Of a DNA stretch of 64,000 nt, positions 10,526 through 20,268 are shown in pieces. The position numbers were made by a program, and so were the translations under genes. Below the pieces are notes generated by a model that was not told the DNA's origin, ran no database searches, and saw only the letters and a list, made by a program, of their open reading frames with translations. The number at the start of each line of letters is the position of its first letter. Positions within the stretch are counted from its first letter, which is position 1. Source of the stretch: Geopsychrobacteraceae bacterium (GTDB lineage: Bacteria; Desulfobacterota; Desulfuromonadia; Desulfuromonadales; Geopsychrobacteraceae); NCBI GenBank assembly GCA_963676795.2, contig CAXXTB010000002.1, positions 1,632,001 to 1,696,000 on the forward strand. The letters run 5' to 3'.

Positions 10526-11497
10526 TCATCTCTGCTCGTCTGCCAAACGGTTCTCGGGTTTCATGCCTTGGCAATCCGCCTTATGTGGAAAGGCAATTTG
10601 AGCAAACCACTGCCATCCGCTGACAAGGGCGATGCCCGCAAGCACTAAGGTCGCGCCAAGGATAAATTTCGGTTCCACGGGCTCACCCAGCAGCACTACT
10701 CCGAAAACGATGCCGAAAACCGGTGTAAGGAAAGAAAGAGCACCCAACTGGGAAGCCGGGTAGACGGTGAGCAGCCAGAACCAGAGCAGCATGCCGACCA
10801 CGCAGACGATCAGAATTTGGAAAACCAGACTGGCCACGACAATGTTCGTTATAGACAAATTGAATTGGCCGGTGAGCGCTGCTCCTGGAAGCAAAATGCA
10901 GAAACAGGTAAGAAGTTGGATGAATGCTGTCTGGGTAGCAGGAATTTTATATAATTTTATCCGAATGACTACGGTTGTGGCTCCCCATGATATACCTGCC
11001 AGCAATCCCATAAAATCGCCGAAAAGCATTGATCCAGACGAGATCGCAAGAGGATCACCCTTATCATAAAACGCTACGGCGACGCCGCAAAAAGCCAAGG
11101 CCATGCCACCCCATTGCATTGGCAGCAGACGCTCTTCCGGTATGAGAAAATGCAGTCCGAGCGCGGCGAAAGCTGGAGCTGTGTAGAGCATGGTGACCAT
11201 ATGTGAGGCATTGGTAAACCGTAGTCCTTCCGCAACAAAAAGGTATTCCAACGTAAACAATAATCCTGCGGCAAGCCCCGGAAGCCATTTGCCATTGCCG
11301 GGCAGAAGCGGCAAATCTTTCATGCGCATGTAAAAGCCGATTATAAGAGATGCTATACCGGACCGTATCGCTATTTGCAGAACAGGAGCCATATCAGGCG
11401 CTGCCGCCTTGACAGCTATCTGCTGCATTCCCAAAATAGCGCAAAAAAAGATCATGAGGCCTACAGCCTTTCCATCCAACACCTTACGAATACTCAT
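10526..11497 (-). CDS. EamA/DMT family transporter
   Basis: About 10 hydrophobic segments in two EamA repeats; FLTPVFG...LLGE motif. Confidence 0.9.
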   Translation of the reverse strand: MSIRKVLDGKAVGLMIFFCAILGMQQIAVKAAAPDMAPVLQIAIRSGIASLIIGFYMRMKDLPLLPGNGKWLPGLAAGLLFTLEYLFVAEGLRFTNASHMVTMLYTAPAFAALGLHFLIPEERLLPMQWGGMALAFCGVAVAFYDKGDPLAISSGSMLFGDFMGLLAGISWGATTVVIRIKLYKIPATQTAFIQLLTCFCILLPGAALTGQFNLSITNIVVASLVFQILIVCVVGMLLWFWLLTVYPASQLGALSFLTPVFGIVFGVVLLGEPVEPKFILGATLVLAGIALVSGWQWFAQIAFPHKADCQGMKPENRLADEQR

Positions 11498-11587
11498 TCC
11501 TTGTACCTCCGAATGCGATAACTTTACAAAAGTCAGAAAAAAAGTATATAATGATTTTCAGACATCAAGTGTTGAACAGGAGACACA

Positions 11588-12358
11588 ATGAAGCATTCTC
11601 TGCAAGTGCCATTCACTGAGACTCTTCCTGTACCGCTGTTTCTTCGCACCACTCTTATGCCAAATGATGCGATATTTCCGTCGCATATCCATTCGTGGGG
11701 GGAGTTCGTGTACTCCCATAACGGTGTGGTTCAGGTTATGGTTGAGCAAGAGCGGTATCTCGTACCACCGCAATACGGGATTTGGCTTCCCCCGAATATG
11801 CAGCATTTGGGATTGAATCGCCGGGAAGTATTGCAATCGTCCTTGTATGTTGCGAGCGAGCTATGCGGTGCGTTGCCGACAAAGCCGCAGGCTCTGATGA
11901 TGTCGCCTTTTATGCGATCACTTTTAGATCACGCTCGTGAAAGAGCCTTGGACTATAAAAGCCCAAGACACTTACGTCTACTCACTGTTTTTTTGGATGA
12001 ACTAGCGGAAACACCGCGAACCGGGACGTTTCTTCCGGCTTCTGAGGATGCAGTTTTGGCGGAAATCCTCCATTATCTGGAAAGCCATCCGGAAGATAAC
12101 CGTTCTGTCGCTGAATTGGCCCACGAAGCCAAAATAACGGAGAGAACACTTGCAAGGAAATGCAGGCAGGATTTGGGTTTACCGCTCACGGAGTGGCGAA
12201 ACCGCATGCGTATTGTTAACGCGATAGCGATGATCAAAGAAGGCAAGAGTGTTGAATCCATTGCATCAGAATTCGGTTATTCCAGTGCATCTGCTTTTAT
12301 CGCGATGTTTAAAAAGCTGACAGGAGTAACACCCGCAAGTTACCGCGAAAGATTCTAA
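11588..12358 (+). CDS. AraC-family transcriptional regulator (cupin + HTH), divergent from the EamA operon
   Basis: HIHSWGEF cupin; TERTLAR and GYSSASAFIAMFKK..G.TP HTH motifs. Confidence 0.93.
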   Translation: MKHSLQVPFTETLPVPLFLRTTLMPNDAIFPSHIHSWGEFVYSHNGVVQVMVEQERYLVPPQYGIWLPPNMQHLGLNRREVLQSSLYVASELCGALPTKPQALMMSPFMRSLLDHARERALDYKSPRHLRLLTVFLDELAETPRTGTFLPASEDAVLAEILHYLESHPEDNRSVAELAHEAKITERTLARKCRQDLGLPLTEWRNRMRIVNAIAMIKEGKSVESIASEFGYSSASAFIAMFKKLTGVTPASYRERF

Positions 12359-12554
12359 TGAAATCATTATAGTGCTATTTTGAAACACAGAATTGTATTT
12401 CTATTTCAACAGATTCGCAGTGGCAAACCTAAACGCAATTGCGCACGAGGTGTTTGAGGCTCTTCCTGAGCCAATCAGAACCTCCTATCAGCCATTCCGC
12501 AGCATGGTGTATACTTCAGTTAGGGCATATTCCTCCAACACCCCCTACCCAGGA

Positions 12555-12899
12555 GGTTTCTGTTTCGGTGGCTATGTCGTCAATATGCTGGCGGCGACCA
12601 TTCCAGAAAAGCTTGACGCCGGAGTCCCGTTTTACGGCACCCCTGCCACGGAATCGTTGCGAGGCAAGGTCAAAGGTCCGTTACTGATCCATTTTGCTGA
12701 ACTGGACAGCCGCGTCAACGCAAGCTGGCCGGATTATGAAAGCGTACTGAAAACCAACAATGTCCCGTACGAGGCGTTTGTTTATCCTGGTGTCAATCAC
12801 GGTTTTCATAACGATTCTACCGAAAGATACGATGAAGCAACAGCCGAACTGGCCTGGAAGCGAACTCTGGATTTTTTCAAAAAGCAATTAAACGGCTGA
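12555..12899 (+). pseudogene. Dienelactone hydrolase (YghX-like), C-terminal fragment
   Basis: GFCFGG nucleophile elbow, GVPFYG, YPGVNHGFHNDST.RYD, AW.RTL.FF; complements the 7881-8157 fragment. Confidence 0.85.
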
Positions 12900-12907
12900 G
12901 GCTATAG

Positions 12908-12943
12908 GATCTGGCACTAGATAATTTTATCTAGTGCCAGATC
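12908..12943. terminator. Perfect 17-bp inverted repeat between convergent genes (probable bidirectional terminator)
   Basis: GATCTGGCACTAGATAA-TT-TTATCTAGTGCCAGATC. Confidence 0.65.
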
Positions 12944-12950
12944 AATCCAG

Positions 12951-14870
12951 TTAAATCTTACGTGTACTGTGCAACTGTTCAGAAATCGCGTTAGCCGTCT
13001 CTTTCAGTTGGGTAATATATTCGGCGCTCCACTCATCGCCTAAACGATAAGACGGGACGACGATGACGACCGCGGCAACAGGTTCATTCTTGTGGTTAAA
13101 AATCGGCGCGCCGATAGCTCTTACTTCTTCAATATATTCACCAAAGTCATAGGCTACGCCAGTCTCCCTGATCTCAGCAAAGCGTTTACGGAGCAGGTCT
13201 GGATCAGTTTCGGTGTTCTTTGTGTAAGCCGTCAGCTCCTGCCCCAACCAGTAGTCAATGACATCGGGCTGACTGAATGCGATAACAGCTTTGGCCCCGG
13301 CATGAGCGTGCGGCATGACTTTGTCACCGATCTCGATTTTCAGGCCAATCGGTTCTTTGGAATCCGCCAGATAAGCCAGATAGCAGTTGTTACCTGACAT
13401 GACCTCGATATGGATCCGTTCACTGATCTTATCCCTCAATGAAACAGCGAATGGAGCGGCAAGCGAAGTGACAGCCCCTTCCAGGGATTTGAAAACCGAA
13501 CGGGCCATTTCAACCATGGCCGGCCCGAAGCGGTACTCGCGGGTTTTCGGATCCTGTTCAAGAAAACCGTTCTTGTTCAGGGTGGTCAGCACGCGACCGA
13601 TTGTCGCCTTGTTGGTATCAAGTCTGGTCGCCAGTACATCAGCACTCAAAGCGACATCCCCTTCAGCGAAACACTTGAAGACCATGGTTGCAAAGGTCAC
13701 CATGTTGCCATGATCCCAGGATTCGGCCAGGGACGCCGGTTGGACGTTTTTCTTGTAAGCGGTCAGGACCTTCCTGACGATTTCCGGGTCGACCGAAACC
13801 TGCCAGTCTCCATCCGGGTTAAGGCACTGGCCAAGTTTCTCGAGCATGACGTATTTGACACCTTTGACGGTCTTTTTATTGTCGGCCAGGATTGTCGACA
13901 TGATATTATCGACAGTGATGTACTCGGGAATATGCAGGTCAAGCCCGAGTTTCTTGCCGAAATAGTAGTAATGCTTGTCAACTTCCTCGCGGGTCAGGTA
14001 ACCCAGTTCATGGGACAGTTCGGCAGCAATGCACATCCCCTTGGCAACCGCGACACCATGCGGGATCTGGCCGTCGGAGAAAAACTCCATGGCATGACCG
14101 AAGGTATGACCATACTCGAGGGCCATGCCAAACCCCTTCTCGCTCGGGTCGGCGGCAAGAATCTTCAGTTTGGACTGAATGATCCGGTAGGCCAGTTCGG
14201 TCAGGGTCTGATCATCCAGGTTATCCAGATCCTTATCGAGAACGGTCTCATAGAAATCGAGCAGTTCAACCTCGTTGATCAGGGCATTTTTGATCCCTTC
14301 AGCAATGGCCGATTTTCTGCCGATCAAACTTTCACTGCGTAGGTACTTGGTGTCACCGAAAATAAAGATCGGTGCGTAATAGATACCGTACTGGTTCTTC
14401 CCCTGCTTGCCGTTGACGGCCTGCTTGTTACTCAGGGTACTATCAGTGATCCCCATATAGGTGGTTGGCATCTCGACATAGCGGATGCCGCGATAGATCA
14501 TCCCGGCAGCGAGACCGACGATATTGGTCAGACAGCCACCGCCGAAGCCAACAATGATCGATCCCTTGGTGATGCCACGGGCAACCAGTTCTTCACAGAG
14601 GTATTCAAGGTTGCTGAAGGTTTTATCGTTTTCAGAATCTTTGATTGTGACCGTTTCATAAATAATATTGTTTTTTTCGAACAGGGAGAGGATTTCCAGT
14701 CCGTAAAGATCGAGAAGCAGTGGATTGGTCACAAAGTAAACCCGGTCAAACACATATTGCTTCAGCAGCGGACTCAATTCGTGAATGATGTCATTGCCGA
14801 AATAATAGGTTGGATCGGGGACAAGGTGGGTTTTAAAACTGACCATTTTTTTAGGTTCAAAAGACTCCAT
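12951..14870 (-). CDS. Fusion protein: 2-deoxy-scyllo-inosose synthase-like sugar-phosphate cyclase + IclR-family regulator
   Basis: N-terminal ~370 aa: GGGCLTNIVGLAAGMIYRGI, DSTLSNKQAVN, EYGHTFGH, DNKK. C-terminal: KATIGRVLTTL...GFLEQDP...YRFG HTH and AIGAPIFN....PVAAV effector domain. Confidence 0.85.
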   Translation of the reverse strand: MESFEPKKMVSFKTHLVPDPTYYFGNDIIHELSPLLKQYVFDRVYFVTNPLLLDLYGLEILSLFEKNNIIYETVTIKDSENDKTFSNLEYLCEELVARGITKGSIIVGFGGGCLTNIVGLAAGMIYRGIRYVEMPTTYMGITDSTLSNKQAVNGKQGKNQYGIYYAPIFIFGDTKYLRSESLIGRKSAIAEGIKNALINEVELLDFYETVLDKDLDNLDDQTLTELAYRIIQSKLKILAADPSEKGFGMALEYGHTFGHAMEFFSDGQIPHGVAVAKGMCIAAELSHELGYLTREEVDKHYYYFGKKLGLDLHIPEYITVDNIMSTILADNKKTVKGVKYVMLEKLGQCLNPDGDWQVSVDPEIVRKVLTAYKKNVQPASLAESWDHGNMVTFATMVFKCFAEGDVALSADVLATRLDTNKATIGRVLTTLNKNGFLEQDPKTREYRFGPAMVEMARSVFKSLEGAVTSLAAPFAVSLRDKISERIHIEVMSGNNCYLAYLADSKEPIGLKIEIGDKVMPHAHAGAKAVIAFSQPDVIDYWLGQELTAYTKNTETDPDLLRKRFAEIRETGVAYDFGEYIEEVRAIGAPIFNHKNEPVAAVVIVVPSYRLGDEWSAEYITQLKETANAISEQLHSTRKI

Positions 14871-14947
14871 TGAACTTTTTCCCTTTCTTGGCAGGACCAG
14901 TTAATATTTACATGTCTGACAGCATATCCACTTTGAGAATATGAGGC

Positions 14948-16263
14948 GATAAAGCAACATTTTTTCTGTAAAAGTGGTTTCCTCTTGGGCTCTCTATTGA
15001 TCTTTGAACGTTAAATAATTTCTGCCCGTTTCCCACTCTTCTGATATTTCCATCAAAACGGCACTGACGAGCCTTAAGCAGGAGTCTTCGTTGGGAAACA
15101 GGGTTGCAACTCTGGTACGACGCAGGATCTCTTTGTTGACACGTTCCAGAACATTGCTGGTTCTGATTCTCTTCCTGTGTTCCTCTGGAAACTGGAGAAT
15201 CGTCAGGCCTTCTTCAAGGTTTTGTTCTGCCCATTTGGTTAATTGGGGGGCCGATGATCCATAACGTTCAACAAACAGCCCCAGTTGTCTTTTCGCTTCT
15301 GCTTCATCGGGTGCCTGCAAGATATTCCTGATAGCGGACGCAACCCCTTTCTTCATCTCCTTCTTTGGCACGTAGGCCTGGGCATTTTGCTGGAGATGAA
15401 ACTGGCAGCGTTGCCAGGGGACACTGGGAAAGACTGCCTTGCGGGCGGCCTTGAGCCCCTCATGGGCATCACTGATAAACAGCTTTACCCCGTGTAATTT
15501 ACGCTCTTGCAAGCTGCGTAGAAAGTCTCGCCAATGGGCTTCCTGCTCTGACAGAGCTACGGAGGTTCCCAGAATCTGACGTTTGCCATCCTCGGAGACA
15601 CCGATGGCCACCAGAACGGCAACATCGATCACTGAGCCGTTATGCCGTACCTTTTCATAGCGAGCGTCGAGATAGACGTAGGGAAACGCGCCAAGGGGAC
15701 GTTTACGCCATTGGTCAAGAATATCGTCGAGCTCCTTTGCTGCACGGCTCACCTGGCTCGATGTGACCTCGCAGCCACACAGCTGCTCTGTAATTTTAGC
15801 AACCTTGCGAGTCGAAACGCCCTGAACATACATCTCAGCCAAGGCCACCTTCAGGGCCCGCTCCGAACGTAATCCATTCTCCAGGCTAGAGGGATAAAAG
15901 CTGCTATCCCGAACTTGGAGAACATCAACGTCAAGAGAGCCAACTCGAGTCTGAACGGTCTTTGGCTTATACCCGTTAGCATGGCCGCGACGGGCATTGC
16001 TGCGCTCGTAGGGACCAACACCAAGATGGTGCTGGCGTTCAAGGCGCATAGCCTCATTGATAACTCTGCGGATCGCCTCTCCGAGAGCATCGAAGCCATC
16101 ATCAGCTAATAGTTTTACAACATCCTCAATCGCGTTATAATCTGCCGGACGGGTCATGGTTTCTTTCCTCTCTGGTTGGGTTTGGCGATTCACCAAAGAG
16201 GATAACCGTGGCCCGTCTCTTTGTCAGGCCGAATGAAATTTACAGAAACAATGATGCACTAAC
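14948..16263 (-). mobile_element. IS256-family insertion sequence
   Basis: Imperfect 25-bp terminal IRs (GATAAAGCAACATTTTTTCTGTAAA on +; GTTAGTGCATCATTGTTTCTGTAAA on -) around the transposase; no clear target duplication. Confidence 0.88.
14994..16157 (-). CDS. IS256-family transposase
   Basis: EMYVQGVSTRKV, YVYLDARYEKVR, ISDAHEGL, WQRCQFH, RTSNVLERVNKEI motifs. Confidence 0.95.
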   Translation of the reverse strand: MTRPADYNAIEDVVKLLADDGFDALGEAIRRVINEAMRLERQHHLGVGPYERSNARRGHANGYKPKTVQTRVGSLDVDVLQVRDSSFYPSSLENGLRSERALKVALAEMYVQGVSTRKVAKITEQLCGCEVTSSQVSRAAKELDDILDQWRKRPLGAFPYVYLDARYEKVRHNGSVIDVAVLVAIGVSEDGKRQILGTSVALSEQEAHWRDFLRSLQERKLHGVKLFISDAHEGLKAARKAVFPSVPWQRCQFHLQQNAQAYVPKKEMKKGVASAIRNILQAPDEAEAKRQLGLFVERYGSSAPQLTKWAEQNLEEGLTILQFPEEHRKRIRTSNVLERVNKEILRRTRVATLFPNEDSCLRLVSAVLMEISEEWETGRNYLTFKDQ

Positions 16264-16422
16264 ATATTATACCCGACCTCGGAGTTAACCTCACTGAGTT
16301 ATGCTTAAATTTGAGAAACATCCAAACAGAACAAGCGTATTCCAATAATCTGGACAGCTACGAATATATACAAGGAGATCTGGCAATAAGCGGATCTCCT
16401 TGTTGTCATTCTTCCCTCACAG

Positions 16423-16453
16423 AAAAGAAAAAGCCCTCACCAAAGAGGGCTTT
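16423..16453 (-). terminator. Intrinsic terminator downstream of the small ORF
   Basis: AAAGCCCTC...GAGGGCTTT stem with an A-run on + (U-tract on -). Confidence 0.7.
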
Positions 16454-16485
16454 GCATTAAAGAATTTTCTGGAATCAATATAAAA

Positions 16486-16677
16486 CTAGACCGCTACCAG
16501 GCTGACCCCTAATTTACGTTCAAGCATCTGAATTTTTTTGACCTTGTCTTCTGAGATATCAGCAGGTTCACCCTCATGACATGAATATGCCAGAAGCGTT
16601 GCACCCAATTCAGCTTCAAGAGAATTGATTAAAGACAAGTCTTCCTTGCTAAGATTGGTTGACAGACTGCAGAACAT
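16486..16677 (-). CDS. Small hypothetical protein with a two-fold internal repeat
   Basis: AAGGAGG RBS, own terminator, halves LSKEDLSLINSLEAELGATLLAY / ISEDKVKKIQMLERKLGVSLVAV. Confidence 0.75.
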   Translation of the reverse strand: MFCSLSTNLSKEDLSLINSLEAELGATLLAYSCHEGEPADISEDKVKKIQMLERKLGVSLVAV

Positions 16678-17080
16678 AACGCTACCTCCTTGTCAGTTGA
16701 AAAACAGCCTCTTTTCGAGGCTACAATTTTACCACAACAACAGCGCTGTGCAATTTGCGCAAAACAGAACCGTTCTGCACATAATGTGGCTACATGAGAT
16801 AAAGGCTCTTGTTCCGCAGGACCATTAATTTGCTCGCGGGATCAAGATCCCAAAGTGAGGAATAGCGCAATCAATGTGTTGGTTCGGCATTTCAATGACC
16901 CTCAATATGATCGGCTCCAACCGGGCTTGGATAAAGAGAAATGAATGAATGGCAGAAAATACACTTTGCGGATACCGCTTAAGCAGGGAGTTCCATATTC
17001 TTCTCAGACCCTCCACTCAAGAACAATAATTTGTCTTCAGGAGGAGGGATAAACAATTTGTGGTTAAGCAAGACATCTGT

Positions 17081-17869
17081 TTAAGAAGCCAACGTCTTCA
17101 GCGCCTTGTCAAGATGTTTACAGTAAATATCAAGTATGTCATCATCCCATCCCAGAGATTGAGAACATTCCGAACGTTCAGCATTAACAATATTCTTCCA
17201 ACTGTCCTCATCATCCCCCATGACATCGTTAAGGACATGATCCCCAGCAACAATCATCAGTGGCACAAAGTGGACCGAACCTATAGCTCCCGACTGAGTT
17301 CTGATTCTCTCTAAAGGTTCAGTCCCAGGGGTTCCTTCAACACTTGCAACAACAAGATGAGGGTAGCGAGATTCTATCTTATCCGTCAGGACAAGCAAAC
17401 GTTCATTGAACTCCGGTCGATTTTCATTACCGTGGGCAACGATAACAGTTGCTTGATTGGCCTTGATTTTTTTGTCCAAAGCCGCAATAACGGCCTCGAT
17501 ATCCTCATCCGTTGTCATTAATGCATCACCGTAGGCAACGTTCAAACCTGTCATATCGATGCTCTTGACACGCATATATTCTTGCCCTGGGACAATATGC
17601 AAACTCTGAAAAACGATATCAGTGATGCCATTATTGCGTAAATCTTCAACGACCTCAGCTATATAACGGGTTTCGATACCGCGCTCTTTGAGCTTTCTAA
17701 TGATGGTCTGAGAGGTAAACCCCCAGTGAATATCGTGGTCCGGATAACGCTTACGGACCTGTTTGTCGATATGCTCAAAGACCATCCGTGCAGAGTCAAC
17801 GGAGGTTCCGAAAGCAACAAGGACAATGGTTGCTTTACGCTTTGCTGCAGAGTGATTCATCGCTCTCAT
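17081..17869 (-). CDS. cbiK: Sirohydrochlorin cobaltochelatase CbiK (no signal peptide)
   Basis: LVAFGTS, QSLHIVPGQEY, AHGN, PLMIVAGDHV.ND..G....SWK motifs. Confidence 0.9.
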   Translation of the reverse strand: MRAMNHSAAKRKATIVLVAFGTSVDSARMVFEHIDKQVRKRYPDHDIHWGFTSQTIIRKLKERGIETRYIAEVVEDLRNNGITDIVFQSLHIVPGQEYMRVKSIDMTGLNVAYGDALMTTDEDIEAVIAALDKKIKANQATVIVAHGNENRPEFNERLLVLTDKIESRYPHLVVASVEGTPGTEPLERIRTQSGAIGSVHFVPLMIVAGDHVLNDVMGDDEDSWKNIVNAERSECSQSLGWDDDILDIYCKHLDKALKTLAS

Positions 17870-17902
17870 AGTTTAACCTATCCTTTTGCAAGGTATCTGA
17901 TG

Positions 17903-17952
17903 AAAGAAAAAGAACCCTGGACTCCTTCCAGGCAAGCTGCAAGGAGTCCAGG
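17903..17952 (-). terminator. Terminator-like hairpin between the TonB-dependent receptor and cbiK
   Basis: CCTGGACTCCTT...AAGGAGTCCAGG 12-bp stem, followed by a U-rich tract on the minus strand. Confidence 0.6.
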
Positions 17953-17957
17953 AACCA

Positions 17958-19841
17958 TTAAAATCTCGCCTGTACTCCGGTAGAGAAGCGTATGCCATCG
18001 TCCGGGTAGCCCAAATGAACCTGATATTGACGATCGAAAAGGTTGTCCACTTTGAGATACCAGTCGCATTTTGCACGACTGAACGTAAATGGTTGAGCAA
18101 CTTTCAGATCAACAGTGACAAATTCACCCAGCTCTTGTGATGATAAGTTCTCGACCTGGCTGTATCTGCGTCCCTCATAGCGGATTGCCCCTTCAAGACG
18201 GGTTTTTACAGTCGGCAGCGTATACTGAAAGGCCTGCTTGATTTTCAGCTGCGGAGTGTACGGAAGCTGCTTATCGGTCTCGCTGTTGCTGGAATGCTGG
18301 ACAATTAAATTGCTTTCCGATATGAGCCCTCCAAACAGTGCATATTTAACAGTAAATTCAGCTCCCTCACGCATGGCATTATCAATATTGACCGGTCTGT
18401 AGATAAGATCCGTTCCGCGTTGATAGCTGATCAGATCATATGTGTCAGTCCTGAAAAAGGTCAGTTGCAGCATGTTGGCCTTGGAGGGGCGATACTCAAT
18501 TCCCAGGTCATAAGACCAGACGCGTTCTTCTTCAAGATCCGGATTCCCCCGGGTCTGGTCGATGGAACCGTGAGCTGTCTGATAAAGTTGTCCGAAGGAA
18601 GGAACATTAACCGTATAACCACCTTTGGCTTTTAAGAGTAGCTTGTCGCTGATTCCCCAACCGACCCCGGCGGTAAAGCCGGGCTGAACATCATAATCAC
18701 TGGTCACATCCCCTCTAAGGCCAAGGGTCGTTGTTACCGGGCCGAAACGGCGATCATACTGCCCGCTGAGACTATTACTGTATCTTTCGTGGTTACCGCT
18801 CAAAGTGTGATCAATTCCATCCCATTCAGTCAGCCAGGCAAGTCTGCCCTCCCAGGACTCATCAACGGCCACGCGTGTAACATCGAGTTTGAGGCCCGCT
18901 TTCTGTTCGTCCAGCGTGGCTGTGAATCCGGTCTGGGAACGGTCCCGCAGAGACGTACTATCCCCGAACAAAGAAACATCCAGAGAGCTGTAACTACCTA
19001 ACATGCTGGAATGTTTTAGATCCACTGATCCCTTATGATAATGTTGCCGTGCATCAGGTGTCGGATTGTCTGAGGGGCCGGCCGAACCGTATTCAGAATC
19101 ATAGTATCGCCCGTTCACCGCAAAGCGGGAGCCATTTGCACCTTCACGACTCCAGTTCAAGGCGACAGAACCCATATCCCTGTCACTGTTGGCTCTTTTG
19201 CCATCCTTGTGGGTGGCTGAGGCGGTAATTTGTGCGGTTCCGGAAAACAGGCCGAGGGTCTGGCTCAGGCTTCCGTCCGCATAGCCAAAGGAGCCGCCAT
19301 TCAACTTGACAGTCGTGTTACTGGCATCCTTGCCTTTGGACTTTGCGACCGGGGAGCGAGTCACGATGTTGATGGCCCCGTCACTCCCCCCCGGCCCCAG
19401 CCAGACGGGGACTGGCGGCTTGAAAACAGTCACTGACTCTATCAGATCAACCGGCACCGTATTCAGATCCAGATTGCCATATTGGTTTGAATTGAGAGGA
19501 CGGCCATTGAGAAGGACAAGCACACCGGTTGAGCGTCCTGACCCGCGAATAGATACACGTGAACCTGTTCCGGAAGACTGATAGACCTCGACCCCCGGCA
19601 TGATTTTCAGCACTTCCTCAACGCTTGAAAGCCTTCTCTGGTAAATTTCCCGATAGCCGACAGTTTCTGCTAACTGCGGGTGATTACGGATATATTCCTG
19701 AACCCGCTCCGCTGTTACATAAATTTCATAGAGTGTCGTGCTTGCTGAAGCAGAATCATCTGCAGCAAACAGATGGGTACTACAAACCAAAAGGGCGACA
19801 GCAAACGAAACCTGAATACAAATTTTTCCCAATGTTGACAT
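17958..19841 (-). CDS. TonB-dependent outer-membrane receptor
   Basis: Signal peptide, TonB-box-like EIYVTAER, plug motifs (PGV, SIRG, VLLNGRP), GNPDLEEE, NLFD, C-terminal Phe. Confidence 0.92.
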   Translation of the reverse strand: MSTLGKICIQVSFAVALLVCSTHLFAADDSASASTTLYEIYVTAERVQEYIRNHPQLAETVGYREIYQRRLSSVEEVLKIMPGVEVYQSSGTGSRVSIRGSGRSTGVLVLLNGRPLNSNQYGNLDLNTVPVDLIESVTVFKPPVPVWLGPGGSDGAINIVTRSPVAKSKGKDASNTTVKLNGGSFGYADGSLSQTLGLFSGTAQITASATHKDGKRANSDRDMGSVALNWSREGANGSRFAVNGRYYDSEYGSAGPSDNPTPDARQHYHKGSVDLKHSSMLGSYSSLDVSLFGDSTSLRDRSQTGFTATLDEQKAGLKLDVTRVAVDESWEGRLAWLTEWDGIDHTLSGNHERYSNSLSGQYDRRFGPVTTTLGLRGDVTSDYDVQPGFTAGVGWGISDKLLLKAKGGYTVNVPSFGQLYQTAHGSIDQTRGNPDLEEERVWSYDLGIEYRPSKANMLQLTFFRTDTYDLISYQRGTDLIYRPVNIDNAMREGAEFTVKYALFGGLISESNLIVQHSSNSETDKQLPYTPQLKIKQAFQYTLPTVKTRLEGAIRYEGRRYSQVENLSSQELGEFVTVDLKVAQPFTFSRAKCDWYLKVDNLFDRQYQVHLGYPDDGIRFSTGVQARF

Positions 19842-19920
19842 TGTTCCTCCACGATTTAAAGCTAGCGATATAGATCACCATTCAATGACATAATGAAACT
19901 TCTGACTCTTAACTCGCGAA

Positions 19921-20268
19921 CTACTCAGGGACATAAACAACAGAGCCATCTTTGAGACGATATGCCGTTCCCAGCCTTTCCCCCTGACCGCTTGCCTGTT
20001 GTGGAGTCGAGCGTAAGACTTCGATTTCACGACCTTTCTTACTGATGATTTCCATCATGCCATCGGCTGTTTTTTTAACAATCGTGACTTCACTGTCCTG
20101 ATCAAAGAGATCTTCCATGTGGTAAGCCGAAAAAACGGCGATAATCAGTGCGACGATGAAAACAAGACCGACATCGAAAAGGTTGGCGACACCGGAAAGC
20201 GGGTCACCATCCTCATGAAGAGTGCTTTGACCAGACAGAAACTGACGTTGACTGCGCAGGTATTTCAT
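19921..20268 (-). CDS. DUF2149 family membrane protein (HmuV-like)
   Basis: DPLSGVANLFDV.LVF.VAL and G.GERLGTAYRL.DG..VYVPE motifs. Confidence 0.85.
   Translation of the reverse strand: MKYLRSQRQFLSGQSTLHEDGDPLSGVANLFDVGLVFIVALIIAVFSAYHMEDLFDQDSEVTIVKKTADGMMEIISKKGREIEVLRSTPQQASGQGERLGTAYRLKDGSVVYVPE

Noticed and set aside
12393..12554. N-terminal part of the 168-aa ORF; also a possible IS91-like end near CCTATC
   Set aside because: No hydrolase similarity before GFCFGG, and the IS-end resemblance is too weak to call
12951..14870. Annotation as aroB (3-dehydroquinate synthase) or as part of an aminoglycoside cluster
   Set aside because: Motifs fit DOIS better than DHQS, and no other aminoglycoside genes are in the window
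16773..16800. dif-like TGCACATAATGT
   Set aside because: No XerD arm follows
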